Below, piece by piece: positions 13,746 through 27,077 of a DNA stretch of 64,000 nucleotides. The notes under the pieces were generated by a model. That model was not told where the DNA came from. It worked only from the letters and a program-made list of their open reading frames with translations, and made no database searches. The position numbers and the translations under genes were made by a program. The DNA is from the human T2T-CHM13v2.0 reference genome, Homo sapiens: NCBI RefSeq assembly GCF_009914755.1, contig NC_060935.1, one strand, 5' to 3'. The first letter of the stretch is position 1. Each line of letters begins with the position of its first letter.

Positions 13746-14836
13746 TCAGTTAATTTTTAACCCATATAATGCTTAGTTTAATAAAAAGAGTATCTTGATG
13801 CATTTATGTAAGCTTTATTTTGTAGCATCCAACAGATATATTCACCACATTTGTTGCCTTGTATCCAATACATATTTATTGCATTTAAATTGAGTTTTAT
13901 CGGTGTTTATTTTTCTTAAGTAGGTAGATATGATATATATGTGTTTTAAAATGTATTGATTCTTTGATAACATTGTCTAGCATGGTAAATGGACAAATAG
14001 CTCAGTTATTACATACAACCATAATCTATTACATGGAATATCGTGTTATTAGGCGATTTATCAGTAAATTTTGGGGTTCTTCAGCTAAAATTATAGAAAA
14101 TACTTTGCTTAACCGATTAAATTCTAATTATCATAAAGTCTGTCTGATATATATCTATATAGTCAAGTTGAATAATTTGTAACTGGAAAGTTTTTCTGTC
14201 TGCTAATCTATTTCCATAAAAGCCTCAAAACCACAACTCAAAAAGGCACATTCTCCAAAAAGTGCTTTCTTGATTAGACTATTCAATCTCATGTACTTAC
14301 TGTCCTCTCAATGCTAATTTTCTAAATTTAGAGGTCATTAATTTATATTGGCTGATATATTTAATTTCAGTGTTATGTGACCTTATGTAAGCTTATGAAG
14401 GCACAACCTAGTACAGTTTTGTTTATACCGTAATTACCATTCCTTAAAAAATAAGTTTTAAAAAGACCAAACTAACTAAACAAACCAGAATTTATTATAG
14501 TGATCTAAAGGGACACTACACCTGTTTTTTTAAAACTCACCTGTTCTTCCAGGAAGGATTCTCAAATTTGGTCTAATTCTATCCTATCCCCAATCATTAC
14601 TGATGCTTTTTTCCCTCAGTAAATTTTTACCACTATATTTACATGTGCATCAATGTTAAGATTCATAACACTTAAAGAAAAATGCTTCTCCATAAAATGA
14701 AATTAATTTTTAAAATCAGAAGTCTACATGTAATATTTTCTTCCCAGAGTCATATACTCCCAAACAGGACAAAAATAAGACTCATGCTTGAATTTTCACT
14801 TAGAAATGTAAAAAACTGTCTCTACAATGAACATAC

Positions 14837-15027
14837 CTGATTCCAAACATACAGTGAACATAGTTAAATAAAGCTCTGCGCAGCATGGTTGTGTCAACAT
14901 CCTCATGGGTGGCCATAGTGTTATATGTGAGATTGTAGACCATCCGAAACTTTTCATCAAGAAGATGTCCAATGTCAGAATAAAGTCTGTTCACCAGGGA
15001 GAACCCATGATTTTCCCAGGTATAGTC
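14837..15027 (-). CDS. SESN3: Sestrin-3 coding exon 8 (191 nt, [18 protein letters not shown]...VHCMFGIR)
   Basis: Overlaps ORF 14800..14994(-). AG at 15028-15029, donor GTATGT at 14836. Confidence 0.97.
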
Positions 15028-15827
15028 CTAAAAGAATAAAATGTATTTAATTACAAAGTGGGCATTTTCCATCTAAATTCTATGTATTATTAAATATAAC
15101 TAATGAAGCAAGTAAGCGAGGCTATTTCTAATTTAGCTCTAGGTTTTCAGCTTTACTAAGGCTTTACCAATAACCCTTCACATCAGTTAGTAGATCAGAG
15201 TGTCTGGATGTTTCTTCATGGGGTATGGGATTTGCCATGTTAGTGATGAACTCTGGTCATCTCCTACACTCAGGTACTACGCACACTATCCTTTTATCTG
15301 GAAGGGCCCCAGGAGATCTTGGAATATTCCCATGTGAACAAACCTACCCAGTGACATGGACAGTTAGCAGATCATCTAAAATAACCATGAATGAGTTTGT
15401 CATAATTCAATCTTATACCCTCTTTAGGAGTCATATCACTGCTGTGGCTATTTCCTAGGGGTGAATATTAGAGTAGCCCTTAAGCCCATGACTACTGGTA
15501 TATGATTTTATTCCAAGAAAAAGTGATGTCACTTGTTTTCCTCTCTGTTCCCCCTCAAAAAAATGGTATAAACATTATGCAAATACCACGTAATAATAGA
15601 AGTAAGTGAATAAAGCAGACTGTTTCCTTTTGTCTTCTTAGGGAGAAAAATGTTGAAATAATTATCCATCTATTGGGAACTCCAATTAGATTAGGCTGAA
15701 ACTAGGTTAAATACAAAGATTTATAGATTCTATCAAAAATTGTTTAGTGCCAATTTTTAAAATTTAAACACTTAACAGTTAAAATGACAGTATGTTCTAG
15801 TTTCTCTGAATTAAAGACATATTATAC

Positions 15828-15946
15828 CTGAGCTCGGAATGTTGGCAAATGCTCTTCTCCTCGTCTGGCAAAGTCTTCATACCCAAAACCAGGGTCTTCA
15901 ATATATCGAGAGACATCAGATGTTATAATCATGTCATCCTCAAAAT
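15828..15946 (-). CDS. SESN3: Sestrin-3 coding exon 7 (119 nt, [40 protein letters not shown])
   Basis: Translated by hand. AG at 15947-15948, GT at 15826-15827. Frame is continuous with exons 6 and 8. Confidence 0.96.
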
Positions 15947-16266
15947 CTAAGGACAATAATGAACAATCTAGTGTTAAGGATACTGTACGTGGTTATGACA
16001 ATAAAACGGAACTCCATTTTCTTCCACTTTTTAGCTTTTCCATGGATTTCTAAAGTGAAAACATGGACTCCGTGACTTTATATAAAATATCTACTGCTAA
16101 AGTTTTAAATATAATTTCATTACCAAATACTGGCAATCTTACCATTTAACTAGTTTTCCTAACTGTTAGTTTGACTAACTGAAATATCTAAACAGTAGTA
16201 GCAAAGGATCAATATGCTAGTTTTACTAATTTAGGAATGGAAGATAGCATAGGCCTATAAGTATAA

Positions 16267-16591
<325 letters not shown>

Positions 16592-19589
16592 TGAGAGGAA
16601 GGAGAAGAGATGAAGGTGAAAGACCACTCTGAGGTCAAGATAAACTTTGTTAAAATTACATGGTGTTTCATCTGGATGTATTCACAGTAAAAATTAGTTC
16701 AATATAGTTTATTTTTAGCTTGCAAAAAAGCATATAGGGAGAAAGATCAGAAAGGACACTCAGTGGGGAGGAGAGCAGAGTTTTTGATGTCGTTATCATT
16801 ATTTTAATACACTTGAGAGCTAAGTAGGGGGGCTCAGTTTGTGAACATTCACTGAGCTTTATGCCTAAGATATGTGCACTTTTCTATGCATATGAAAACA
16901 AAAAGAACACAACATATGGAGTAAACAATGTCCTAATGAGACTGTGACTAGAATATTACCAAAGTGGCATTCAGGAAGATAGCAAGGCAATAATAATATT
17001 TTAAGAAAACTGATTTCTGCATACTTGATGACATTAACAATTTACCACTGAAAAAGTTTAAATATCCAATGCATATTAATTTATGGAAAATAATTCTATC
17101 TCACTTTTTATTTTAGGTTGGTCTGTCTTTACTATTTTTTCTGATTTTAACCATTAAAAGGGAATGAACAAGCTTCATTTACTAGCTTCTAGTCTAGAAA
17201 ATGAACATATATTTCTCAAAATAAAAGAACAAACTAGCTATTTCCCTGAAAGGAACAATATTTTCATTATAAGTATTTTAGTATTAAATGTCATATTTCA
17301 TAAATAATAAATAGTAGAACAGTATTATGGCATAATAAAAGACAAACTATAATTCTTAACTGAAAATTTTTGAGAGACTTAAAAAACAAGTGTAATTATG
17401 TTAATTCTTCCAAAAGAAAGACCTGGTAGTAATACTTCATTATCTTTAATCTTTGCTATTGCATGAACATCCTAACATTAAGTATTCTTTTCTCACAAGT
17501 TTTCAGCTGTCTTTAGGTCACTGCTGTGGACTAACTGGGTGCTTGATAATGGCAGGAAAGATTAAGTGCTCCGGTTACCCAATTTCAGATAAATCTTATT
17601 AAAATTCTTAACAAACTTCATTACATATAAAGAAAAGAGACGGTGTTTACTGAGTACTTACCATATACCAAGTACTATACTACACACTTACTATCTATTT
17701 TTTGTTTCATTAATACAGGAAGAAATATCCATTTAAGAAATAAATTAACTGTATCTTACTAACACCACTGTCAGTACTGTGTCAGGAAGAAATACAATGT
17801 GTAGATGTTTAAGTATAAGATGATGTGAAAAACTTCTAAACATTAAATGCTTAAATTGATCTGAAGTTTTTAAGTGATTTTTCAGTCCTGTGAAGAGAAT
17901 TTTCAGGCTTATCCCCAGCCCAATCCCATAACCACTTTATTTTCTCCTTGTCCTCCAGCACTCTATTCAGGTCAACAGAAACACTTTTAAAATGGCATTT
18001 TCAATGCATTATCTCTTAACATTTACAAACCAGCTTATACTTTCCTTAATTCAGTTCATTACATAATAATATAAATGAAGCAAAAATTATAAAATGTAGT
18101 AGCAATCACTGAGGCTGCTATGAAAGGTAGTTTTATAGGTTGCAAAGTTTATGGTTTGCAAAGTAAAATAAAGCCAAAAACGGTAAGTAATAACTAAACT
18201 CTATAAAACAGTCTCTCTCTAGATGTGATTTTTCCTTTGACACTGCACAACCAAATGGTTTCATTTGGCAAATACTGATACTGGAGTTGACTATTACATA
18301 GTTGGTTCTTTAGTTTTTGTTTTGCTCATATACATTTTCAAGTTGTATGACTTTTAGACATTTTAAAATAAACAGTAAAAAGTAAGTAGTCAGCCAAATA
18401 AGAGAAGTGATCCTAGGAAAAATCTCTATGCATTAATTTTTAACTTAGGAGTCAATTAACACCTGTTTCCTAGACAATTTTTATTCACAGAAAGAAATGT
18501 ACAAAGGTCCCTCAATCCACAAATACTTTTTTCCTAAATTTATCTTAAGAAGTTAAAATTAGCATTCTGATTATTAAATCTAAAACTCTAGCTTTAATTC
18601 TATCTAAACAAATATTTCAAAGTCTGTACTCAAAAGAAATAGTATTTTGTTCATTATCTGCATTATTCTGCCCCTAAGAAGTAGTTACTGACATAATACG
18701 GGAAACATTCTGTTGCAGTAATGGAATGCGTAACTGAAAATACAAAAAACAGTAAAAGCTAGTTAACCCTGTTACCAAGCTACAGAATATGACCCCTGTA
18801 GAATACTTTAAACATTTATTTTCTTCAAAAGACTTGAAAAACTATTCTTAGAATCCTTACATAGAATCTGGAATACTTTATAACGCTGGTCAAACCAAGA
18901 CTTTTTTAATACCAAAAAAAACCCTTTTTATTTCTATTTTAAAACATGGTAAGTCTACACAAATGACTCAATTAGCTATTGTACTGAGTCTTTTTTCTAT
19001 ATTTTATTTGTGCAGCCAGCAAAGTTGGTACTGGCAATGATTAAGAGTGAAATATGTATTTTTATATATATGTGTGTATATATGTGAATATATATGTATG
19101 CGGAGGGGTATATGTATGTATACTGACATTATTTCCTTGAAATAGCCTCTTCTATTAAAATTAGAACATAATTTTTGGCTAAGGTCCAAGACTTTCTAGT
19201 CAAAATTCACTTTTGAAGGCTGTAGTCCCAGCTTAAAGTTCCAAGAAGGTAGAGACTGAAATCCAAAGTATATTTTTAATATTTCAAAAGACCTAAGAGA
19301 AATAAAACATTGATATTTTTCAAGCTTTAGTGATCTTAATGAAGCTCTTAAAAATTAATTTCTGAAAACACACAGATATTACTAACTTTAATATAAATGT
19401 TTACATTTTTAGACATTAGTTTACCTAGAAGGTTCATCATAGAGTCATTATTTTCCTTCAACCTCACCTCTTCTCTCTGGATGAATTTTATAATCAACTT
19501 TTAATGTCTGTTCCCAGTTATATGCTGATAACTTCTAAAATTTTGCCTTGACCTTAAAGCCCTCTCCTGATTTCCCATCTCTTCTACCC

Positions 19590-19755
19590 TTTGTATTCCA
19601 AGAGTGGCTTGCATACTAGCAGCACTGGCATTACTTGGAGGCTTGATAGAAATGTGGCCTCTCAGGCCCTACCCTAAACTGACTGATTCAACTTCTGCAT
19701 CTCAACAAGATTCCCCAAGTGACTCATGAACACTGAAGTTTGAGAAGTGCTGTGC
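19590..19755. mobile_element. MER5A hAT fossil
   Basis: agcagcactggcattacttgg...gaaatg...caggccctaccc...aacaagattcccc...aagtttgagaagtgctg. Confidence 0.75.
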
Positions 19756-20676
19756 AAGACATTTCCAGACTGGTTGTTTTATAGACATCTCTACTCAAAA
19801 TGTCCAAAATACGGTAGGTTACATATTTCTTAAGGTTAGCAAGATCCTTACAGTAGGGACTCTACCTACCTAACCAGATTTCTCTTTACACTACCTGTTT
19901 CATGATGTACGTCCTAACAACACAGAACCACTTGTTCTTGGACCCAGCATCCTGTTTCCTTACCATCGTGCCTTTGCTTGGGCCTGGATGCTGTTTACCA
20001 TGTCCTCCTGTGCCCCTCAGTCATTACCTGACTTCCTCACACTCAACTGGGTTAAGATTTATCTTAGAGCCAAGGGCTGCAGGCATTCTTCCTCTAGGTT
20101 CCTCTTCTGCCTACACCCTTTGCCTATCAAGACTGGGTTCAGTGCCCTCTTCTAGGCTCCTATCTTTCACATTCTGCTATGAGTTACAATTATTTTTTTG
20201 CTACTAGAATGAGAGTGCCCTGAGAGCAGGAATCATGCCTTATTTAACCTTAAAACCTTAGTACCTAACACCATGCTGAAACTCTATCAGGTACTCAGTA
20301 AGTGTTTGCAGAGTGAATATTAAACCAATAATCCAAATACTAGGTTTCTTTGTTTGGAATTTCCTGCTGACTAGAGGCTCTGATTTTAGTGACAGTAATC
20401 TTCAATGGATTAAATTAATTGAAAGGATTAAAATGGTTACTCAATTTGGTAGATAAAATTTTTCATAAAAAAGATCATCAGGAGAAATGATAAAAAGGGT
20501 TCTTGTTCTTCCTGGTAAAACTGAGAACTACTGATCAATGTTTTATGTTTAACATTAACAAGTTACGGCTGAAACAATTCTCAAAATTTATGAGATTGAT
20601 GAGTTTTAAGACAGGCAGTAGTTTTGAAGCCCTCTTTTAGATCAACAGAACTCTATTTTTAAAAAATATATTATGT

Positions 20677-20819
20677 GTGATCCCAGCTACTCAGGAGGCT
20701 GAGACAAGAGAACCGCTTGAACCTAGGAGACGGAGGTTGCAGTGAGCCAAGATCACGTCACTGAACTCCACCCTGGGTGACAGAGCAAGACTCTGTCTCA
20801 AAAAAAAAAAAAAAAAAAA
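20677..20819 (+). mobile_element. Alu right-monomer fragment with poly-A tail
   Basis: tcccagctactcaggaggctgag...gactctgtctc(A)n. Confidence 0.9.
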
Positions 20820-21537
20820 GTTATGCACATAGATTACTTTTAAAGAGTTTAAACTTTGTATTGAGTCTATGCTATTTTAATATCATTTACTATGTGGTGT
20901 TCAATATCTTTTTAGTTGTAATTGAAAAGTTTATTTCCTATTTCAGTCCTTCGAGTATTAGAAAAACTGTTTTCAAGACTACAGCAAAGAATCTCAGCTT
21001 TTAACACAGGATGAATTCCTCCAAATTCAGTCTAAGAAAATGACCTAAATAATACATTTTTATAGAATTCCAAAGAAATGTAAATGCAAATGCAGTGTAA
21101 TTTTAGAACTAATCTGGAAAAGCAGCAGTGTGAGAATAATCTTCCCACACACCCCCCACCTACAAAAAAGGCAGTTTTTTTTAAAATTTTATCTATTGAA
21201 ACAATATTTCACTTATCATTTTTAAAAAATCACAAAAGTAGGATAAATTAAATATGTCTATCTAACTTTATAAGTAACTGATCTGCTTTAAATAACATTT
21301 TATCCAGGATAGAGTATGAACTACAAAGCTGAAAGTTTCTCTCAACTCAATCTGAAATACATTCAAGGATGAACCAGCCTGAGGGAAAGCAATAGCATGA
21401 GGGTAAGATAGAAGAGGAGAACTAAATAAGAGAAAGATGGTAGCAGAATCATTTTTACATATCCACATGGAAAACACTGAAGTTGCCCTGTCAGGGTTCT
21501 AAGAACAACTAAAAGGCAAAAAAGTGCAAAAAAGCAC

Positions 21538-21712
21538 CTGAATGAGGAAATGAATGAAAAGTATCTCCAGAGACCACAAAAAGACTTTCTTTCTTCTCCT
21601 TTTCAAAACGAGTGCTCATTTCTTCTTGAGACGCCTCTTCATCTTCCCTTTCTTCTTGAAGTCTTTTCATCCTTTCCATTAAGGCCTCTAGCTCACTTAG
21701 AGAATCCACAAT
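21538..21712 (-). CDS. SESN3: Sestrin-3 coding exon 6 (175 nt, [21 protein letters not shown]...SFPHS)
   Basis: Overlaps ORF 21509..21790(-). AG at 21713-21714, donor GTGCTT at 21537. Phase 1, joining exon 7 (G|AT = Asp). Confidence 0.95.
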
Positions 21713-22373
21713 CTGGAAACAGATAAGATAATGTTGGGTGCTATTCATACTAAAAGTGTTCCAGTAAATATCTCCATCTCCAAATGTCACCTTACTATGT
21801 ACAGCGGAACAGGCACAGTTATGAAGTTCTTAAGTCGGTTTTTCACCAATTTCAAAGGAAATCATGACAGATTCCAACATTTTCAGAAGTATGATTTTTT
21901 TTTTAGTTATAAATATAGAAGTTTATAAGTATATATGTGTGTGCATAAAATCTACAATTCTAGCATTTGGTATATATTAAATATTATAGTTTAGTTTAAA
22001 AAAATGAGGCAGCACAATTGTTTTACTTTTTGCTGTCATAAGGTATGTTTTCCATTGGTTGTTCCAGCATCTTATACATACAAGTATATTGTTTTGGGAT
22101 CTACTGTCCAAAGGGTCTAACATTAAAAGCCTATGATCACTAGAATGCATCACTGTTTAGTCTTTATGATTTGCAGTAATATGTATTTGCTTTAAAAGCC
22201 TCTTTAAAATAAATCAGAACTTCAGGTACCAAATTTTTACAGTAATAAAAATTATGCAAAAATATTTTAAGTATATAATATCCTATCTAATTGGAGAAAA
22301 ATTCTCTCTAGATATTTTTAATATTAGAAGTTTAAAGCAAAAATAGTAAAGAAAAATAGCTAAGAAAACTAAC

Positions 22374-22610
22374 CCCAAAGTTGCTGCCTGAAAGAGATGC
22401 ATTCTCTATGTTGTTGTCATTAGCAAGATCACAAACGCAGAAATTGTTGACTGATATTAGCCTGAATCCATTGGAGATTTCTGGATCTCTCTCTGGATTG
22501 ATACCACTACCAAAAACAAAGCTTGCCAAAGCATGATAATGTGCCAGGAGGACCACAGCATGTACCAGTTCAGGCAGAGACCAATTATTTTCTCCAGTTT
22601 TGACAAGTTT
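22374..22610 (-). CDS. SESN3: Sestrin-3 coding exon 5 (237 nt, [37 protein letters not shown]...SGSNFG)
   Basis: Overlaps ORF 22332..22556(-). AG at 22611-22612, donor GTTAGT at 22373. Confidence 0.97.
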
Positions 22611-23310
22611 CTGAAATAAGAAAGCAAATCAGAGCAAATATAAAAATTCTAGAATGCTACAAAGAAATTTCAATGAAAATCTACCAATTTTCATATATCC
22701 ACTTAGAGTAATAAAACTTAAAACTCTCTTTTAAAAATGTTTCACATGTTAAAGATATGATTTTGGCCAATGCGCCATTAAAACTATCATACCTAACAAT
22801 ATAATTACATTGTAGTGTCTTCTAAATCCCTTATTATACAATAAATCTTCTGCTTCCAAATCATTTTTTATATAGTATGCTATTTTAATGAAATACTTTT
22901 AGAGAATCAAAGAACACTGGAGCTAGATAGGACTTTAAAGATTATCGAACAAAACCATTCATTTTAAGGTATATTGGAAACTTCATCTCACAAAATCACG
23001 AAAAACCCCAATTCAGCAAGTCAAGTTTCAGTTATCCTTTAGATACCTTCTAATGGAGAAAGAACCTGCAGCAGATGACAGAAATTGTAGAATACTACCT
23101 CACATCTGAATAAGAATTTTAAAAATTTCCAAGCACTTTTTCATATTCTGTATTTCACTTGACCCTCCAGCTGAATGATGGATCACAAATGAAGTCATTA
23201 AAAACAGTAATTCCTCCACTTTGTCCAAGAGTGAATTCCACCAATTAATCCATCAGGGATTCTTTCCCATCGGTGTTCATTTTCTCTCCCTTTCTCTCTC
23301 TCTATCTCTC

Positions 23311-23312
<2 letters not shown>

Positions 23313-23358
<46 letters not shown>
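23313..23358. repeat. (TG)23 microsatellite preceded by a (TC)-rich tract
   Basis: Read directly from the sequence. Confidence 0.97.
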
Positions 23359-23359
<1 letters not shown>

Positions 23360-23584
23360 TGTATGTAAGGGGGAATCTCATCCCTCTCTTTCCCTCCTTC
23401 CAAATCTAAAACTTTCATTTGGCTTACTTAATGGCTAAAACAAAACAAAACAAAACAAAATAAAAATAAAACTGCTTTCTTTTGCTTTACTACCCACTAT
23501 TTAACTACACACCATATATAATTTAATGTATTACCAAAAGCTCAGGGAAAAGAAAAGAAAATCAGTCAAATTCTATCATCCTAT

Positions 23585-23875
23585 GGCCAGGGGAGATAGG
23601 AAAAGATCTGTTAAAGAACAAAATTATAGCTAGATAGAAGGAATAAATTCTAGTGTTCCATACCACTGTAGGATGACTATAGTTAACAATAACATACAGT
23701 TTCAAATAGTTAGAAGGAAGATATTGAACATTCCCAACACAAAGAAATAATAAATGTTTGAGATGATGGGTATCCTAATTAATCTGGTCATTGTACATTA
23801 TATATTATCAAAATATCACTATGTACCCCATGGATATGTACAATTATGTGTTAATTAAAAAATAAAATTTAAAAA
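23585..23875 (+). mobile_element. L1MA-type 3' end fragment
   Basis: gctagatagaaggaataaattctagtgttc...atgactatagttaacaataac...ttcccaacacaaagaaataataaatgtttgagatgatgg. Confidence 0.8.
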
Positions 23876-24479
23876 GTGATCTTAAGACAAAAATATCATT
23901 ATTATAATCTGTAATAATGTAAATAAAGAGGGTCATTATTGAATAATAAAAGAATATACACCAGAAAAATATACTTGCTTTACATCTGTATGTACCTAAC
24001 CTTGTAGCCACAAAATATACTAAATGGTTGCAATATTGACTGAAAAAAATTCTACCACTCTAACTTTTACATATTTTATTTTTTATAAGCAATTATATAG
24101 TTACAACCACACATATCTATATTTTTCTGATTTTCAAATTTGACATTTTGACATGTTCATTTTTCATTAGGCCACAGTGCCATATTAATTTTTAAGCAAG
24201 GCCTCTCCTGTATATCAACAGATGTATATAACTACTTCTCCTTTCCTATACCATTATTCATATTCTAAATTTGTTTTGTTTATTTGCTTCTATAAACAGC
24301 ATCTTCATACTATAGTTTTATTCTTATTTTAGAAACATTTCCTAATAGGATTTTTAGAACAAAGTGTATTAATATTTTTATGACTTTTGATAATACTGCC
24401 AAAGAGCTTTCCAAAAGGACTGTTAGAATTTACAATGCCCTCACCAATCTCTGCAGGATTATCATTAAACCTGAAAGGA

Positions 24480-25970
24480 CAGCCAACACTCACCATCTCT
24501 AATTTCTTGCCTCACATTCATTTCTACTTTTAAAAATTCATTACAATCTGGTTTCTTTTTCAAGCAAACTCCAGAAGCTACATTTACTAATATTACACAT
24601 GACCTTCCAAATGGCCAAATTTGACTATTTCTTTTTAGTCCTTATTTTATTTGATCTCTGCAGAATTTACATTGTTTACCTTCTCCCTTCCTGACATTAA
24701 TCTCTCTTGACTTCAACAATTCCACATTTTGGGGAGGGAAGTACTCTTGCTACCCTGAGAAAGATCTTTCTCTATTGCTGTATTCCATCCACAATCTTCC
24801 TTCCTTGTACAGTATCTCCTTGGATGGGCCATTCATTCCTTCAACCTGACCTTTGCTTATCTGTAAACAACTATCCAATTTTACTTTTAACTCACACTTT
24901 ATCTTGAGTTACAGACCTGTATTTCCTTTAGTAAGTGGACATCACTTTGTGGATGTCATTTTTAGTTGTTGTCAGCCTGTATATGCTCATGTCATGAAGA
25001 AGGACACCTTAGTCACTCTCTTGTCCCACCCACTTTCTCCATCCTCACATCCTGCCAGTCACCAAAGTCCTACTTACTCTCATGCAGAATCATTACTAGA
25101 ATCTTATCCTTCCTATGTATCTCCCATGGCTTAAAAAAAAAAAAAAAATCACCTCTCAGGTGTAGTACTATGACTGGTCTACTGCTTCCAGTCTGTACAA
25201 TCTGTAATTTATCTTCTAAATCACCTAATATATTTATATTACAACATGGCACAAAAACCTTTAATGATTCTCGATTCTCTATCATATTGATCTCCAAGCT
25301 CTTGTGATCAAATGTACTTCCAAATGTAACAATTGGGAAAGGTCCAACCCCAGATATTACGTATATTTATTTGTAAATTTATACACATAAAATATATTTT
25401 ATATAGAATATTTATATATGTGTACCGTAATAAAAACATAAAATACACAAATACAAAAATTTAGAAGAATGAGATGAGAATATACACACATACACAAATA
25501 TTCTGTTAATATTTTGGAAAATTTTCCTGTGTACCTCCTGAGTACCATAACATAACCCTGAAGACCACAACTTTCTGAGAATAAAATACAAATTATTTAA
25601 TACAGTATTCACTGGGTCATACAATATGATCTCAATTCTTCCCAGTTCCCACCTTACATAAACATCGCTGCACTTCAATAATCTGAAACTGTTGGCTATT
25701 CTTCCAATATACCATAATATTAAATACTCTATTCTTTCTTTGAAATGCCCTGCTCTACTTGAAAACTCCCATTTATTCTTCAAGACCTAGCTCAAATGTT
25801 ACCTCTTTCAGAAAATAAACTTTCTGGTCCCATTCTCTTTATTCATACATTCATACACTGTTGTACTGTGATTATTGTCATTACCCTGTTCTTCTTCTCC
25901 CCTAGACTCCAAGCAAATCTATGGGCAGGGTCTTTATCTTTACCCACCAAAGTATCTGGCACAAAGTAAT
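24480..25970 (+). mobile_element. Fragmented L2 remnants (intron 4)
   Basis: Pyrimidine-rich L2-like blocks, e.g. ttattcttcaagacctagctcaaatgttacctct and tagactccaagc...gggcagggtc...tctggcaca. Boundaries approximate. Confidence 0.55.
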
Positions 25971-26894
25971 TAAGACATGACATTAAAAACAATGATTAAT
26001 TCCCCTATCTAGCTAACATATCATCAAATCAGAACATAAATCTTAAGACAGCATCATGCTTCACAGTTTCCCAGATTCAGCATCAAAATCTGAGAGTATG
26101 CAGATTGATAAATGCTATGTTTGGTTGAAAGGGCAAATAACAAAAATGTAGTCTAACAAGAGGATCCAAAAACCAAGGACATTTCTATGCATTAGGAACA
26201 GATATTTTAAATAACAAAGGTTTCCACTGATAATTTAGATGATAGGTCCCATCTATTGAATAGTTACCACGTGCCAAGAATAGTGCTAAGCATATTGAAT
26301 AATGACCTCACCCTGTAGGCCTTTGATGGAAGCGCCTTCAGAAATACAAGTGCTCTTAGTCAATCACGACAACTCTATTTCTCGTCTAAGCTCTAGTTTT
26401 AAAAGGCATTTAAGCATTCACACACCAGCTGGCAAATCACTTTTTTATTTGCAAAATCATTTTTTGAGAATCTAAAACTTATGAAATGTTAGAACTATAA
26501 AAAAGTTTAAAACTCATTTAATCTAGCTCCCTCATTCCGTAGAAGGGAGAACAGAAGCCCATAGAAGTTAATTTACTAAAAGGACACAAACTTGTAACAG
26601 AGTACAGACTAGATCCCAGGCATCCTATCATGCTAGTGTATTTTCTTTAGTCTATCTACTACTTAAAAATAGAAACCAAATTTTCTCATAGCCATTCACC
26701 AAACTAGTTGTAGAAGATAATGATCACTTAAAGAGGAGAAGTATTCATTTGTGCTTAAATTAAACTGACTTTCTAAACTCATCTTTTCTACACATACTAA
26801 GACACTATTATTTATGTTCCAAGTTCCTAATATACACATATTTAAAATTAAGTCCTAAGCAAATTCCTTTTTATTTCAAAGAAACATTCAGTAC

Positions 26895-27077
26895 CTGAAT
26901 GTGCTCTTTTGTGATCAGCCAAGGTCGATGTGCTAGCAGCTTATTAATTTCATTAAGATTTTTCAGTCTTTGTGGCACATATTCCAAACCATTCAACCAC
27001 TCAGCAATACCTCCAGTCTTTAAAAATTCATCCACATGCATGTTTATTAAGTAAGAACACTGATGTCTAGCTGCAGC
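26895..27077 (-). CDS. SESN3: Sestrin-3 coding exon 4 (183 nt, [10 protein letters not shown]...[14 protein letters not shown])
   Basis: Translated by hand. AG at 27078-27079, GT at 26893-26894. Contains the conserved AARHQCSY cysteine of the AhpD-like domain (equivalent to SESN2 C125). Confidence 0.97.
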
